A stretch of DNA of 64,000 bases from Rickettsiales bacterium (GCA_037968615.1 JBBKVX010000017.1:9266-73265), one strand, 5' to 3'. Shown: positions 50,524-60,857, counted from the stretch's first letter. Program-made: numbers and translations. Notes: generated by a model not told the origin, from the letters alone.

Positions 50524-51039
50524 ATGACCAAACCGTTACAACGCCGTATCACCCTGATTCGTCACGCCAAAGCCGAGGATGACGGCCAGACGGCGGATCA
50601 TGCGCGGCGCCTCAATCCGCGCGGGCTGGCGGATGCGGCCATCCTGGGGCAGGAGCTGAAAGCGGCGGGCGGACTGCCGGAAATGTGGCTCTGTTCCACC
50701 GCCACCCGCACCCGTGAAACACTGGCGGCGCTTGATACTGGCCTGCCGGTGATTCTTACGGACAAGGCCTACCTCGCAAGCGCGGGCGAGTTGCTCAGCG
50801 TATTGCAATCGGCGGACGATGCGCTGACGCATATTGGCCTCATTGCGCATAATCCCGGCTTGCACCAACTGGCGGCGACGCTGGCGGGCAGCTATGCGAA
50901 CCGCGACGACGAAGACAAATTGATGCTGAAATTCCCGACCTCGGCCTGCGCCGTGCTGTCGGCAGAGCTGGCGCATTGGGTGGATCTGACGCCACAAGCC
51001 ATGCGGCTGCTGTCCTTCGACTTCAAACAGAACGCTTAG
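50524..51039 (+). CDS. sixA: SixA-family phosphohistidine phosphatase
   Basis: LIRHAKA, RTRET, HNPG and KFPT motifs. Confidence 0.85.
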   Translation: MTKPLQRRITLIRHAKAEDDGQTADHARRLNPRGLADAAILGQELKAAGGLPEMWLCSTATRTRETLAALDTGLPVILTDKAYLASAGELLSVLQSADDALTHIGLIAHNPGLHQLAATLAGSYANRDDEDKLMLKFPTSACAVLSAELAHWVDLTPQAMRLLSFDFKQNA

Positions 51040-51040
51040 T

Positions 51041-52927
51041 TTAGGTGGTCGCGGGCGGCGCGGCGGGTGGTGCTTCCGCAGGCGGTGCGGGCGGCGCTGC
51101 AGGTGCATCCGCAGGCGGGGCCGGAGGCGGCGGGGCGGCGGCGACGGCTTTTTTCTTCTTACGCGGGTCGTAGGGTTCCTGCACCGGAAGTTTGATGGGC
51201 GGCAGCAGGCGTTTTTTGAAATAGTTGTCTTTGAAGTAGAAAATCTTTTTGCATTTGATCGGCGCAAACGACTCCACGAGAATGATCTGCTCGTCGCGCG
51301 GTAGTTGGATGACTTCCTGCGGCAGCAGCAGGGCGCGCTGTACTTCGCTGACATGCATGGTGCGCGAGGCGGGGTTGAAATCGACGAATTTCGGCCGGTT
51401 ATGCGAGCTTTGCTCGACAGTTTTGTTGCCCACCAACTGCGAGATCATGTTCGCGGTTTCCATGTTGTTCGCCGAGAAGGTGACGCGGTAGTAGCTGTTG
51501 GAGAGGAAGCTGATCATGCCGGCTTCTTCGTAGATGCCTTTGAGCTGCTGGGTATCCTGTACGATGAGGAACAGCTTCACGCGGTATCCACGGAAATAGG
51601 CAATGCCGATCTGGAATTGCGGCATTTCACCGAGCGACGGGAACTCATCCATCATGAACATCACGCCGTGCGGCTCGTCGGATTTCGGCATGGCGCGGGT
51701 GAGGAAGTCGGTCGCCTGCTGGTAGAACACCTTCAGCAGGGGTTCCAGGCGTTGTAAGTTGTCCGGTGTCACGCCGCAGTAAATCGTCTGTTTTTTCTTT
51801 TTCAGCGTCTGCATGTCAAAATCGGACGAGGCGGTGGTGGTGTCGATCAATGGGTTGGCCCAAAGCTCCAAGCCGGAGTTCAGCGTCGAGACCACGCCGG
51901 AGCGTTCCTTGTCGGCTTTTTGCAGGAACGCGGCGATGTTCATGTACGATACGGGGTGGATCTTGCCGCCGATGGTATCGAGCACCACGGCGAGGTTGTA
52001 GACCACATCGTCGGAGCGCATGGTGCGCACCACTTCGCCAAAGCTGGTCACTTTTTCCGGCACGGCGCAGAGATAGAGAATGACGCCGAGCATGAGCGAG
52101 CGCGCCTCGTTCTGCCAGAATTCCTGCTCGGGCAGGACGAGGTTGCAGATTTTCTGCACGTCATCCACCATCTGGCCGGGCTTCTCGGAAATCCAGTCGA
52201 GCGGGTTGTAGCAGTGCGAAATGCCGTTCGGGTCGGCGGGATTCCAGACGTAGCAGGGTTGCTTCAATTTCTGGCTGCGGTAGCCGGAAGTGAGCTCGTA
52301 GTTCTCCATTTTAATATCGTGGCAGATGACGGAGTTTTCCCAGAACAGCAGGTTCGGGATCACGAAGCCCACACCCTTACCGGAGCCGGTTGGTGCGAAC
52401 AGCAGCACGTGTTGGAAATCATCGACCACCAAGTAGTTCGCGGCCCCCGTGCGGCCCATGAGGAAGCCTTTTTTGGCGCGCAGCTTGGCACGGCGAATGT
52501 CGGCTTCGTTCGACCATTTGGCGCTGCCATGCACGGTCTCTTTTTTGCGGTAGGGGCGGAAATCCATCAGCGGTGCGCGCATCAGGAACAGGGTGAACAG
52601 CCCCATGAAGAATCCGCCGATGATCGGGCCATAGAATTTCGCGTCGAACGCGGCGTTGAAATAATATTGGCGGTATTGCGGGTAGGATTTGTAATAGCTG
52701 GCCTGATCGTGGATGGCTTTGTAGCCCTTCAAAATGCCCAGTGGGTTGCTGCCCGACATGACGTAGGTGAGCACCGAGGCGGGTTGCTGTTGCTGCATTT
52801 GGCTGAGATAGCGGTGGCCGAGGGTGAAGCCGGTAAGTGTGCCCGCGTAAATGGGTACCCCGATCACCAGTGAGATGAGCACGGTGAGGAACAGTTTGTT
52901 GAATATACCTTTGAGATATTCGGGCAT
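51041..52927 (-). CDS. virD4: Type IV coupling protein VirD4
   Basis: Two N-terminal TMs, HGSAKW, Walker A APTGSGKG, Walker B MMDEF; Pro-rich tail. Confidence 0.95.
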   Translation of the reverse strand: MPEYLKGIFNKLFLTVLISLVIGVPIYAGTLTGFTLGHRYLSQMQQQQPASVLTYVMSGSNPLGILKGYKAIHDQASYYKSYPQYRQYYFNAAFDAKFYGPIIGGFFMGLFTLFLMRAPLMDFRPYRKKETVHGSAKWSNEADIRRAKLRAKKGFLMGRTGAANYLVVDDFQHVLLFAPTGSGKGVGFVIPNLLFWENSVICHDIKMENYELTSGYRSQKLKQPCYVWNPADPNGISHCYNPLDWISEKPGQMVDDVQKICNLVLPEQEFWQNEARSLMLGVILYLCAVPEKVTSFGEVVRTMRSDDVVYNLAVVLDTIGGKIHPVSYMNIAAFLQKADKERSGVVSTLNSGLELWANPLIDTTTASSDFDMQTLKKKKQTIYCGVTPDNLQRLEPLLKVFYQQATDFLTRAMPKSDEPHGVMFMMDEFPSLGEMPQFQIGIAYFRGYRVKLFLIVQDTQQLKGIYEEAGMISFLSNSYYRVTFSANNMETANMISQLVGNKTVEQSSHNRPKFVDFNPASRTMHVSEVQRALLLPQEVIQLPRDEQIILVESFAPIKCKKIFYFKDNYFKKRLLPPIKLPVQEPYDPRKKKKAVAAAPPPPAPPADAPAAPPAPPAEAPPAAPPATT

Positions 52928-52943
52928 GGCGGGATATTAGCGC

Positions 52944-52971
52944 GACTCGTGACTCGTGACTAGCGACTCGT
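52944..52971. repeat. Heptamer tandem repeat (GACTCGT)x4, one unit imperfect
   Basis: GACTCGT GACTCGT GACTAGC GACTCGT in the virB11-virD4 gap. Confidence 0.7.
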
Positions 52972-53016
52972 GAAGAAAAACCACGCAAGGCGTGCGACGC
53001 GCATCACGCGTTACTT

Positions 53017-53994
53017 TTATGCATGCGGCTTGAAGTAGATCTCCGAGACGAAGCGGCGGCCCTTATCGCCGCGTTTCAGTTGGATGACCACCTGAATCAC
53101 ACTCTCGACATATTCCTTGATCTGCTCGCGGGTGATGCCGAGATCGGCCTGCATGATCATCAGGATGAGTTGCTCGATGGCCAGAGCGGGCGAATCGGCG
53201 TGGAGCGTGGCAATGGAGCCGGGATGGCCGGTGTTCACGGCGCGCAGGTAGCTGAAGGCCTCGGCGCCGCGCAACTCGCCGACTATGATGCGGTCGGGGC
53301 GCATGCGCAGACAGGCCTCGATGAGGTCTTGGGTGGTGACCTGAGCGCGGCCCTGACCGCCTTTGCTGGCCAGAAGATGCACGCGGTTCGGCTGGTCGAT
53401 TTGTACTTCGCGCACGTCTTCCACGGTGATGAGGCGCTCTTTATCGGGGATTTCTTTCAGCACGGCATTGAGGAAGGTGGTTTTGCCAGTGGAGGTGCCG
53501 CCGGAGACAATGATGTTCTTTTTCGCTTTCACGGCGGTGGCGATGAAGCCTTTGACGTCGCCTTTCGCGTAGAGCTCTTTCAGCACATCGTCGATGGGGT
53601 CGTGATGGCCCATGCCGGTGATGGTCTGCTCGAAGGCGCCGAGTGCTTCGTATTTGTCGAGGTCCATGTTCAGCGCGGTTTGTTTGCGGATGGCCATGAC
53701 CACGCCCGCATCGCAGGCGGGCGGAATGATGAGCTGGATGCGGTAGCCGCCCGGAAGGTTGGCGGAAAGTAGGGGTTTTTCTTCGGAAATCGCCTGCGAG
53801 GTGGATTGCGCGATGAGGTTGGCCAGGGCACGCATATGTTCGAGCGTCATTTCCGGCAGCAGCTCGTGGCGCATCTCGCCGAATTTTTCCACCCATGCTT
53901 CGCCCGGCTTGTTGATGGAAATTTCCTGAATGCCTTCCTCATCAAGCAAGCGCTTAAGCGGGGCGAGGTAGGTGTCGAGTGCGGTAAGGCTCAT
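53017..53994 (-). CDS. virB11: P-type T4SS ATPase VirB11
   Basis: EISINKPGE, GGTSTGKTT, LRMRPDRIIVGELRG and NTGHPG motifs. Confidence 0.96.
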   Translation of the reverse strand: MSLTALDTYLAPLKRLLDEEGIQEISINKPGEAWVEKFGEMRHELLPEMTLEHMRALANLIAQSTSQAISEEKPLLSANLPGGYRIQLIIPPACDAGVVMAIRKQTALNMDLDKYEALGAFEQTITGMGHHDPIDDVLKELYAKGDVKGFIATAVKAKKNIIVSGGTSTGKTTFLNAVLKEIPDKERLITVEDVREVQIDQPNRVHLLASKGGQGRAQVTTQDLIEACLRMRPDRIIVGELRGAEAFSYLRAVNTGHPGSIATLHADSPALAIEQLILMIMQADLGITREQIKEYVESVIQVVIQLKRGDKGRRFVSEIYFKPHA

Positions 53995-53995
53995 A

Positions 53996-55204
53996 CTAAT
54001 TCACAATCCGCGTGCCGCCGACGCCGTTGGGGAAGACGAGGTCGCGGTTCACGAACACGTTCACCGGAGTGCCTTGGTCGACCAAGATGGTGGGGCGCAC
54101 GTTGATGAAGCGCTGGAGGAAACTGTCGGTGGTGCCGCCGAGGCGGTTCAGGGCGTTGACGGTGGCGGTGGTGGCGCCGTCGCCCGATTGGGTGGTGCCG
54201 AAGGTGGATTGGCTGGTGGCGGTGTCGCCGCCGCCGGTGATGGTGTCGGAGCCCATGGCGAGGCCGATGGACACCACGCTGGCCATGACCGCGCGTGAGA
54301 AGATGGCTTGGAATTTGGTGTCGACCTGTCCGCCGATGCCGGCTTGGCCAATTTGGTCGATGAGCGGCGAATTGAGCATCACGTCCACGCCATCGGGGCG
54401 GATGACGCGCGTCCAGAGCACATAGACGCGGCTTTGGCCACCGAGGATGTCGGTGTTGTAGGTGCCGATCAGGCGCGAGCCTTTGGGAATAAGCGGTTCG
54501 CTGCCCGATTCGCCGTACGTATCGCGCGAGACAATGGCACGGATGGGGGCGGGAAGTTCGGTGTTCAGCGCGGATTCCATAGTGGCCTGAATGATGCGGC
54601 CCTGTGCGATGGTGCGACGCAGGTCGCCGATATGGGTGGCTTCGACGCGTGCGGCCTTGGTGTTGGCGCGGGCGATGTTGGCCTCGAATACGCTGTTGGG
54701 ATCGGAGCTTGCGGATTCGCCGGAATCGCTGCCGCCGAACATACCGCCGAGGCCACCACCGCTTGCGTTATCCTGCACCAGCATGTTCGAGCGCATGCGC
54801 GCCTGACGCTCTTTCTGCGCGGCGCCGTCATCCTCGGGTTTGATGAGGGTAACGCGCGTGGGTTCGGGAATGGTGATGGGGGTGAAAGCCGGCGGCGGCG
54901 CGACGTCGGTATTGGAGGGCGGCGTTGGAAGCGGCGGCGGAATGATGGGGGTGCTGGAGACACTGCGTTCGGGGCGTTTTTCAACCTCGTCGCCGTCGCC
55001 GGAGGAGAAGATGTTATACAGCAGGAACAGCAGCACCACGCCCACAATGCCCATGACCAGCATGGTGCGTCCGGGTTTGGCGGCCACCGAAGGTGCGCCT
55101 TGCGAAAGTTCCTGATCGCCTGAATCGCCGTTGCCGAAGGGGTCGTTGTCCATGGGCGGGAACGGATCCATCGGCGGTGGTGGTGGCGGTGGAGGCGTAC
55201 TCAT
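53996..55204 (-). CDS. virB10: T4SS core protein VirB10
   Basis: TM, Pro-rich linker, IPKGSRLIG, VRPTILVDQG and FVNRDLVF motifs. Confidence 0.93.
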   Translation of the reverse strand: MSTPPPPPPPPMDPFPPMDNDPFGNGDSGDQELSQGAPSVAAKPGRTMLVMGIVGVVLLFLLYNIFSSGDGDEVEKRPERSVSSTPIIPPPLPTPPSNTDVAPPPAFTPITIPEPTRVTLIKPEDDGAAQKERQARMRSNMLVQDNASGGGLGGMFGGSDSGESASSDPNSVFEANIARANTKAARVEATHIGDLRRTIAQGRIIQATMESALNTELPAPIRAIVSRDTYGESGSEPLIPKGSRLIGTYNTDILGGQSRVYVLWTRVIRPDGVDVMLNSPLIDQIGQAGIGGQVDTKFQAIFSRAVMASVVSIGLAMGSDTITGGGDTATSQSTFGTTQSGDGATTATVNALNRLGGTTDSFLQRFINVRPTILVDQGTPVNVFVNRDLVFPNGVGGTRIVN

Positions 55205-56035
55205 CTAGGCCCCATTCGATTCGTTGTAGACGATCACCTGACCGCCCGGTTGGTTGAGGCTGAAGCGTGGCGCCACGATATCGACGGCCACGATGTTGCC
55301 GGCGACGCTGCGGGTGGGCACGTCGAGCTGTTCGCCCTTGGAGGTGATGACGGCAATGCGCGGCATGGTGGCGCTGCGGTATTTGAAGTAGGTGGTGCGG
55401 CCGTCGTCGTAAATTTTGACGGGCGCGGCGGTGCTGGGGCCGCTGTAGGTGTATTTGTAATTCATCGGTCCGCTGCTGGCCATCGGAGCGGGCGCGGGAA
55501 TGGAGCCGGTGGTGATGGGCGCGCGCTTCGGCATCGGTGTGGGCGGCGGTGTGTAGGCGGGCGCGGGTGGTGTGTAGCTGACGGGCGTGGCAGCCATCGG
55601 CGTGGGGGCGGGCATGGGCGCGCTCATGGCCGTGCTTTCGCCGGGATAGTAGAAGCGCACGACGTAGGTAAGCTCCTCGCTGCCGAACACCGCATCGGCG
55701 GCGCTGGAGCGGAGGTCGAACTGGTAAGCGCGAAGGTTGGTGACGATGGTCATGTTGGTGTGGGCGTTTTCTTCCATGGCGCGCACGAACAGGCGACGGC
55801 CCGCCGGAATGATCTGCCAGGCCACGCGGTCGCCCACCGACACGGTGTCGATGGTCTCGCGTTCGCCGAACTCGACGTTGCTCTGGTAGCCGTAATGGGT
55901 GGTGATGGTGAACACTTCGTTCGGGTTGTAGACGAAGGTCTTGATGCGGCTGTCGGTCACGATGGGGGCGGCCTGCGCCACGGAGCTGCCGAGGACGAGG
56001 AAGGCTAGTAAGGTGCTGAAAACAAGGCTCCGCAT
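55205..56035 (-). CDS. virB9: T4SS core protein VirB9
   Basis: Signal peptide; DSRIKTFVYNPNEV, TNMTIVTN and YDDGRTTYFKY motifs; Pro-rich linker. Confidence 0.92.
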   Translation of the reverse strand: MRSLVFSTLLAFLVLGSSVAQAAPIVTDSRIKTFVYNPNEVFTITTHYGYQSNVEFGERETIDTVSVGDRVAWQIIPAGRRLFVRAMEENAHTNMTIVTNLRAYQFDLRSSAADAVFGSEELTYVVRFYYPGESTAMSAPMPAPTPMAATPVSYTPPAPAYTPPPTPMPKRAPITTGSIPAPAPMASSGPMNYKYTYSGPSTAAPVKIYDDGRTTYFKYRSATMPRIAVITSKGEQLDVPTRSVAGNIVAVDIVAPRFSLNQPGGQVIVYNESNGA

Positions 56036-56751
56036 CAGTTGATCTCGCGCTGGATCTGGTAGTTCGTGACAGTATAGCCGAGCGGATTGAGAAGTTGTTC
56101 TTCTTCGTTGAGGTTCAGACTCGCATACTCGAAGTTGATTGTCACTACCCATTGCTGCACCACGTCGCCCGCGCCGGGAAGCATATCCACGGTGGTGATG
56201 CGCGCCTGCATAATTTTGGTGGGGGTTTTTTCCTCGGCGCGGCCGTTGGGCAGCGGCGGGTTCTGGATGTAGCTGATCGAGCGAATGCGGATGTCGCGTT
56301 GGCCTTGCGCGCCCAACGTGGCGGCAAGGCTTTGCGGGTTGCTGGTTTCGACGCTGCGGCGGTAGCCGTTATAGACGCCGGGCACGCTCATCAGGCGCAC
56401 GATTTCGTAGTTGTGGCGGAGGATGCTGAAATTGTAGCCCTCGCGCACGCGGATATACATGGAGGTGAAGTAGCGATCAACCGCCGTGTTCGCCGCGTAA
56501 GCATTGCGCGAGATGGGCTCTACTTTTTGGGTGAGGCCGGTTTTTTCATCGATCTGAAGCAGGTAGGGCTCGACGGATTTCAGTGGTGCAAGGCGCGCGA
56601 CGGCAATAACGGCGACCAACGCAGCGCCCAGCGCACATAACGCGACAAGAGCGAAGATGTTTCGTTGCACGAGCACATGCTGGTACTTGTCCTGGTACCA
56701 ATGCTTCGAACTCTCTGAGACGTTTTTTTGCGACCGCTTAAACACACACAT
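56035..56751 (-). CDS. virB8: T4SS protein VirB8
   Basis: Single TM, PLKSVEPY, YIRVREGY and NPLG motifs. Confidence 0.92.
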   Translation of the reverse strand: MCVFKRSQKNVSESSKHWYQDKYQHVLVQRNIFALVALCALGAALVAVIAVARLAPLKSVEPYLLQIDEKTGLTQKVEPISRNAYAANTAVDRYFTSMYIRVREGYNFSILRHNYEIVRLMSVPGVYNGYRRSVETSNPQSLAATLGAQGQRDIRIRSISYIQNPPLPNGRAEEKTPTKIMQARITTVDMLPGAGDVVQQWVVTINFEYASLNLNEEEQLLNPLGYTVTNYQIQREIN

Positions 56752-56841
56752 ACCCTAGTGGGTTTTTCCCTAGCGTGGGACTATATCTAGTGTTGCGCGC
56801 GCGTCCATAAAAAACGGCGCGGAGTTCACAACTGCATGGTG

Positions 56842-58479
56842 CTAGTGGCCTGAATCGCGATGCGGATTCAGGATGAAGTTGCTGAAGCTGTCGACCAGCC
56901 CGGGGTCGTTGGTCAGGCCGTCTTCGTTGCGCGGGCCGCCTTGAATCATCCACTTGATGCCTTCTGTAATGCCTGCCGCGGCCGGTACGAAGGTGGTCTT
57001 GAGGACGCCTTCGTTGGTGAAGCCACGAGTGACGCCTTTCTCGAATGTTTCGAGCATCTCGCCGCCCGGCATGTCCATGGAGGTTTTGGCACCGATGGCG
57101 GTGCCGCCGCCGAGTTGCGGTGCATAGGTGGCGCCCATGCCGCCCGCCAACACTTGCGCCAATGCGCCGACATAGTTCAGTAGGAACTCGACCACATAGG
57201 CCAGCACCAGCAGCGAGAGCAATCCGGTGAGGGCGAATTTCATCAGCGCGGTCTGCACTTTTTTCTCGTCGGTATCGCCGCCGGTGGCTTCGTTGGGCGG
57301 GGCCATGGCGCCCATGGCGCGAATGGGTTTGGGCGGGTTGTCCTTACAGGCAAGCCGACCCTGCTGAATAGTGTCGCCGTACTGGTCGTCGGGGATGGGG
57401 TTGCCTTCAGCATCGAGCACGTTGAATTCGCAGATCGTGCAATATTGCCACGGCGCGCGCATGGTGGTGGAGGTGAAGTTTTCTTGCACCGGCATAATGA
57501 TGTTGGTGAGGCTGCCCGAGATATGGGTGACGTTGATCGACAGGATGAAGCCGAGGAACGCGAACAAGATCACCATTTGCAGGCTAAAAGTGACAAGGTA
57601 GCCGAGCCATTTATCGAAGAACGGGCGCGTTTGTTTGAACAGGTAGAAGCTGAGGAAGAACGGCGACAAAGTGAGCAGGAACACAATGCCGATGATGGAA
57701 TAGAGGTAGCCGAAAATGGCGCGCAGGAACGTGACGGCGACACGGAAAATGATCATGACGCCGATGAAGAACACGGGCGGGAAAGCAACCGCCATGATGG
57801 CCAGCACGGCGAATACGGCGTTCTTGCACGGGTTCTGTCCGGCCTCCCATTTCGCGCCGACGTAATCGGTGGCGAAATGCATGGTCTGGCCAAGGAAGCT
57901 GTCGAGGTAGCGGTACACATCGACGCCGGTGACGGCGCCTGTTCTGGCCGCGAGATCGTCGGGGAACATGGTGCTGATGCCGATGGCGGTGCCCTCGCGC
58001 AGGCCGGTGATGAGCAGCGCGTAGCCGGTGCCGATCATGGCGTCGGCCTGGGTGGCGAACACGGTGATGACCGCCATTTTGAGTAGGAACATTTGGAAGT
58101 CACGCGCGGTGGCGGGAATAACGCCGATGGTGAAGCCGACGCCGAAGATGACGGTGGCCAGCGTCAACATGCCCATCACGGCGGGCACGAGGTCGCTGAT
58201 GATGCCGCAATACATCTCGCCGAGCAGGTTACTGGCCAGCCGCTCCATATTGCAAACGAGGAAGGTGAACACGTTGTTCATGTTCATGGTGCTGGGGCAG
58301 CCCATGGAGGTATCGTAGAGCGTGCCGACGGCGTGCCCGCCGATGCAGCCGAACCCGGCGCCCGGCTTCGCCGCGAAGGCCGGATCGATCATCATGAAAT
58401 AGGCGAGCGTGATAAGGAACAGGCCGAACAGGATGCGGCCGTACTCGACGCGATGCATGCTCTGTGTGTAGCCCATCAT
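56842..58479 (-). CDS. virB6: VirB6/TrbL-family inner-membrane protein
   Basis: Multi-TM with LSPFFLSFYLFKQTRPFFDKW VirB6 motif; Cys-containing soluble extensions. Confidence 0.85.
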   Translation of the reverse strand: MMGYTQSMHRVEYGRILFGLFLITLAYFMMIDPAFAAKPGAGFGCIGGHAVGTLYDTSMGCPSTMNMNNVFTFLVCNMERLASNLLGEMYCGIISDLVPAVMGMLTLATVIFGVGFTIGVIPATARDFQMFLLKMAVITVFATQADAMIGTGYALLITGLREGTAIGISTMFPDDLAARTGAVTGVDVYRYLDSFLGQTMHFATDYVGAKWEAGQNPCKNAVFAVLAIMAVAFPPVFFIGVMIIFRVAVTFLRAIFGYLYSIIGIVFLLTLSPFFLSFYLFKQTRPFFDKWLGYLVTFSLQMVILFAFLGFILSINVTHISGSLTNIIMPVQENFTSTTMRAPWQYCTICEFNVLDAEGNPIPDDQYGDTIQQGRLACKDNPPKPIRAMGAMAPPNEATGGDTDEKKVQTALMKFALTGLLSLLVLAYVVEFLLNYVGALAQVLAGGMGATYAPQLGGGTAIGAKTSMDMPGGEMLETFEKGVTRGFTNEGVLKTTFVPAAAGITEGIKWMIQGGPRNEDGLTNDPGLVDSFSNFILNPHRDSGH

Positions 58480-60857
58480 GCGGGTGCCCCGAATCCCATC
58501 AAGTCGTTGAGCATTTCAGCGGCGGTTTTTTCTACCTGCGTCGGCGTGCGGCCGGACAGGGTGGTGAGGCCGCTGCCCAGTGTGCTGAGGTCGAGCTTGA
58601 GCATGGTCGATTCGTCGCCACGTTTCAGCAGCACATGGCGTTTGTGACGTTCCATATGGGCGACGGCGGCGATGTCGGATTCGCTGAGGGTGAAGCCCAT
58701 CGCGTAATCGCTGCCGGGGGCGTCGTCGGGCATCACGAAAATACTGGCGGCGCGTTGGGCGAGCAGATTGGTGTAGGGCAGCAGCGCATCGTTCTCGATG
58801 TGGCTGCTCATCAGCAGACAGGCGGCGTTCTGGGTGGCGAGGTGGTCCCACCAACCGGCGGCGCGCGGGCCGAACAGCGGCGTGTTGAGCTGGGTGAGGC
58901 CGTCGCTCATGACGAGGATGGTGGGTGTGCCGCTCAGCGCGCCGGTGATGCGGTGCAGCAGGTAGCTGACGAGCGGGATGCGCACGGCCACGTCGGCCAT
59001 GAACGGTGCAAGGTTCCAGGCGCTGAGAGCGCCGACGGAGAAATCGTCGCTCGGCATGTCGAACAGTTCGCCGTGCTGCCCCCCGGCGCACCATTGCGCG
59101 AAATGGGCGGCGAGGGCGGCGTCGGCTTCGCGTATGCTCGGCAGCAGCGCGCTGAGGCGGCGCTGCTCGCGCGGCAATTGCATCACCTCGTTCACCAGCG
59201 ACTGGAAGAAACCGAGCGACGCCTGATTGAGTTGCTTGGCCTCGGGGTCGATGAGGGTGGAGAGCCAGAAGGCGATGAATTCGCGGTTGGCCGGGGTCTC
59301 GGCCATTTGCAGCGGATTAAGGCGCAGCTGCGGCGTACCCGGCTTGAGCATGGTGCCGCCCATGGCCTGCACGAACAGCTCGGCGCGGCCAGTGGCGTCG
59401 AGGTACCAGATGTTCGGTTTCAGTTTGCGCGATTGCGCCAACAGGAAATGCGCCATGGTGGTGGCGCCGGATTTTTCGTGGCCGAGGATCATGGTGTGCG
59501 CCGAGGTGCCGCGATGCATGTTGAAGAAATACGGCGTGTCCTGCACGGTGGTGAGCAGGCTGACCGGCGCGCCCCACGGCGTGCCTGCAGCGTTGCCCAT
59601 CGGCTGCGTCTGCAGGTTGGCGAACCCGGCAAGGTGGTTGCTGTCGATGGAATGTTTGCGCGCGATGAACGGGAAATTGCCCGGCAATTGCGCCCAGTAA
59701 CATTCCTCGAACCGCAGGTCTTCGCGCACCGCAAGGATGCCCAGCTTCGACAAAGATTTGCCGACCATACGCACGCTGGTTTCCAACTGCTTGGTGGAGG
59801 GGGCGATGAGGAACAGGGTGGTCTGCTGCTCGCCGAACGCTTTGTCGGTATCCATTCCCGGGCGCATCAACCGGTCGATCTCCATCCATTCAGCCAGCTC
59901 CTTGTCGCCGCTGATGGCGAGGTAGCGCGCCTGTTTCTCGTAGCTGGCGCGGGCTTTGCTGCCGCCGATGAAATCGAAACACTGGCTGACGATGAGTTCG
60001 CAGGGGATGTCGAGGAACTTGTCGATGCCTTTGAGCGTGGACTCTTTGTATTCCTTCAGCGTGAGGATGGCGGCGAAGCGGCGCTTGCCTTCGGCGGTGC
60101 GCACTTCCATCGCGTCGTGGGCAAAAGTGATCTCGCCCGAGGTGAGCACCTGCGACAGGTCGCGGCGCGGCACTTCCATGGGGCGCTCTTCGAGGTTGAT
60201 GAGTTTTTCCAAGAACTCGAGCTGCTCGCTGTAGAACACGCTTTCGCGCTCGACCACGGAAAGGCGCCGCGCGCCGTAGGGGCGCAGGGCGTCGAGCATG
60301 CGGGCCATCGTGCCGGAGAGCTGCCCCAGCGCTGCGTCGAGGAAGGCGGTGCGCGCTTTGCGGTCGCGGCGGGGGGAGAGGCTTTGCAGCAGGCTGTCTA
60401 TGTTGCCCAGCCCCGCTTGTTGGCCGGCCTTCACCACGGTGATGTAGAGTTCGTTGACGAAGCTGGCGCTCGACGGATGTTGCGCGCGCCACGAAGCGTC
60501 GAGGTTGCCGGAGAACTGGTCGGGGAAATGGGCGTGGGGCAGCAGTTGCTGCCGGCGGCGCAGCGTGTGCAGCCAGATGGCGTAGCTGGTGTCGGGAATG
60601 CAATCCTGAATGGCGGCGCGAATGGCGGCGCGCAGGTCGCCCGAATGCTGGCCCGCTTCGAAGCCAAGACCGGTGATTTTGATGATCTGCAGCAGTTCGC
60701 CGTTCTTGGTGGCGATGGTGTCGCGGTCGTAAAGACAGGCGTACGGCACGAAATCGGATTCGATCACGTCGTCCGAGATGTCGCGGAACGATTCGAGGTC
60801 GCGCTCGCTGGCGCTTTTAAGCGCCGCGGTGGTGTTCTGTTTACGCGCTGGTTTCAT
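58476..60857 (-). CDS. virB4: VirB4-family protein with degenerate Walker motifs (RvhB4-II-like)
   Basis: TIATKNGELLQIIKI, YWAQLPGNF, PYFFNMH and LNPLQM VirB4 motifs; Walker A reads GHEKSGAT, Walker B VMSDG. Confidence 0.88.
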   Translation of the reverse strand: MKPARKQNTTAALKSASERDLESFRDISDDVIESDFVPYACLYDRDTIATKNGELLQIIKITGLGFEAGQHSGDLRAAIRAAIQDCIPDTSYAIWLHTLRRRQQLLPHAHFPDQFSGNLDASWRAQHPSSASFVNELYITVVKAGQQAGLGNIDSLLQSLSPRRDRKARTAFLDAALGQLSGTMARMLDALRPYGARRLSVVERESVFYSEQLEFLEKLINLEERPMEVPRRDLSQVLTSGEITFAHDAMEVRTAEGKRRFAAILTLKEYKESTLKGIDKFLDIPCELIVSQCFDFIGGSKARASYEKQARYLAISGDKELAEWMEIDRLMRPGMDTDKAFGEQQTTLFLIAPSTKQLETSVRMVGKSLSKLGILAVREDLRFEECYWAQLPGNFPFIARKHSIDSNHLAGFANLQTQPMGNAAGTPWGAPVSLLTTVQDTPYFFNMHRGTSAHTMILGHEKSGATTMAHFLLAQSRKLKPNIWYLDATGRAELFVQAMGGTMLKPGTPQLRLNPLQMAETPANREFIAFWLSTLIDPEAKQLNQASLGFFQSLVNEVMQLPREQRRLSALLPSIREADAALAAHFAQWCAGGQHGELFDMPSDDFSVGALSAWNLAPFMADVAVRIPLVSYLLHRITGALSGTPTILVMSDGLTQLNTPLFGPRAAGWWDHLATQNAACLLMSSHIENDALLPYTNLLAQRAASIFVMPDDAPGSDYAMGFTLSESDIAAVAHMERHKRHVLLKRGDESTMLKLDLSTLGSGLTTLSGRTPTQVEKTAAEMLNDLMGFGAPA

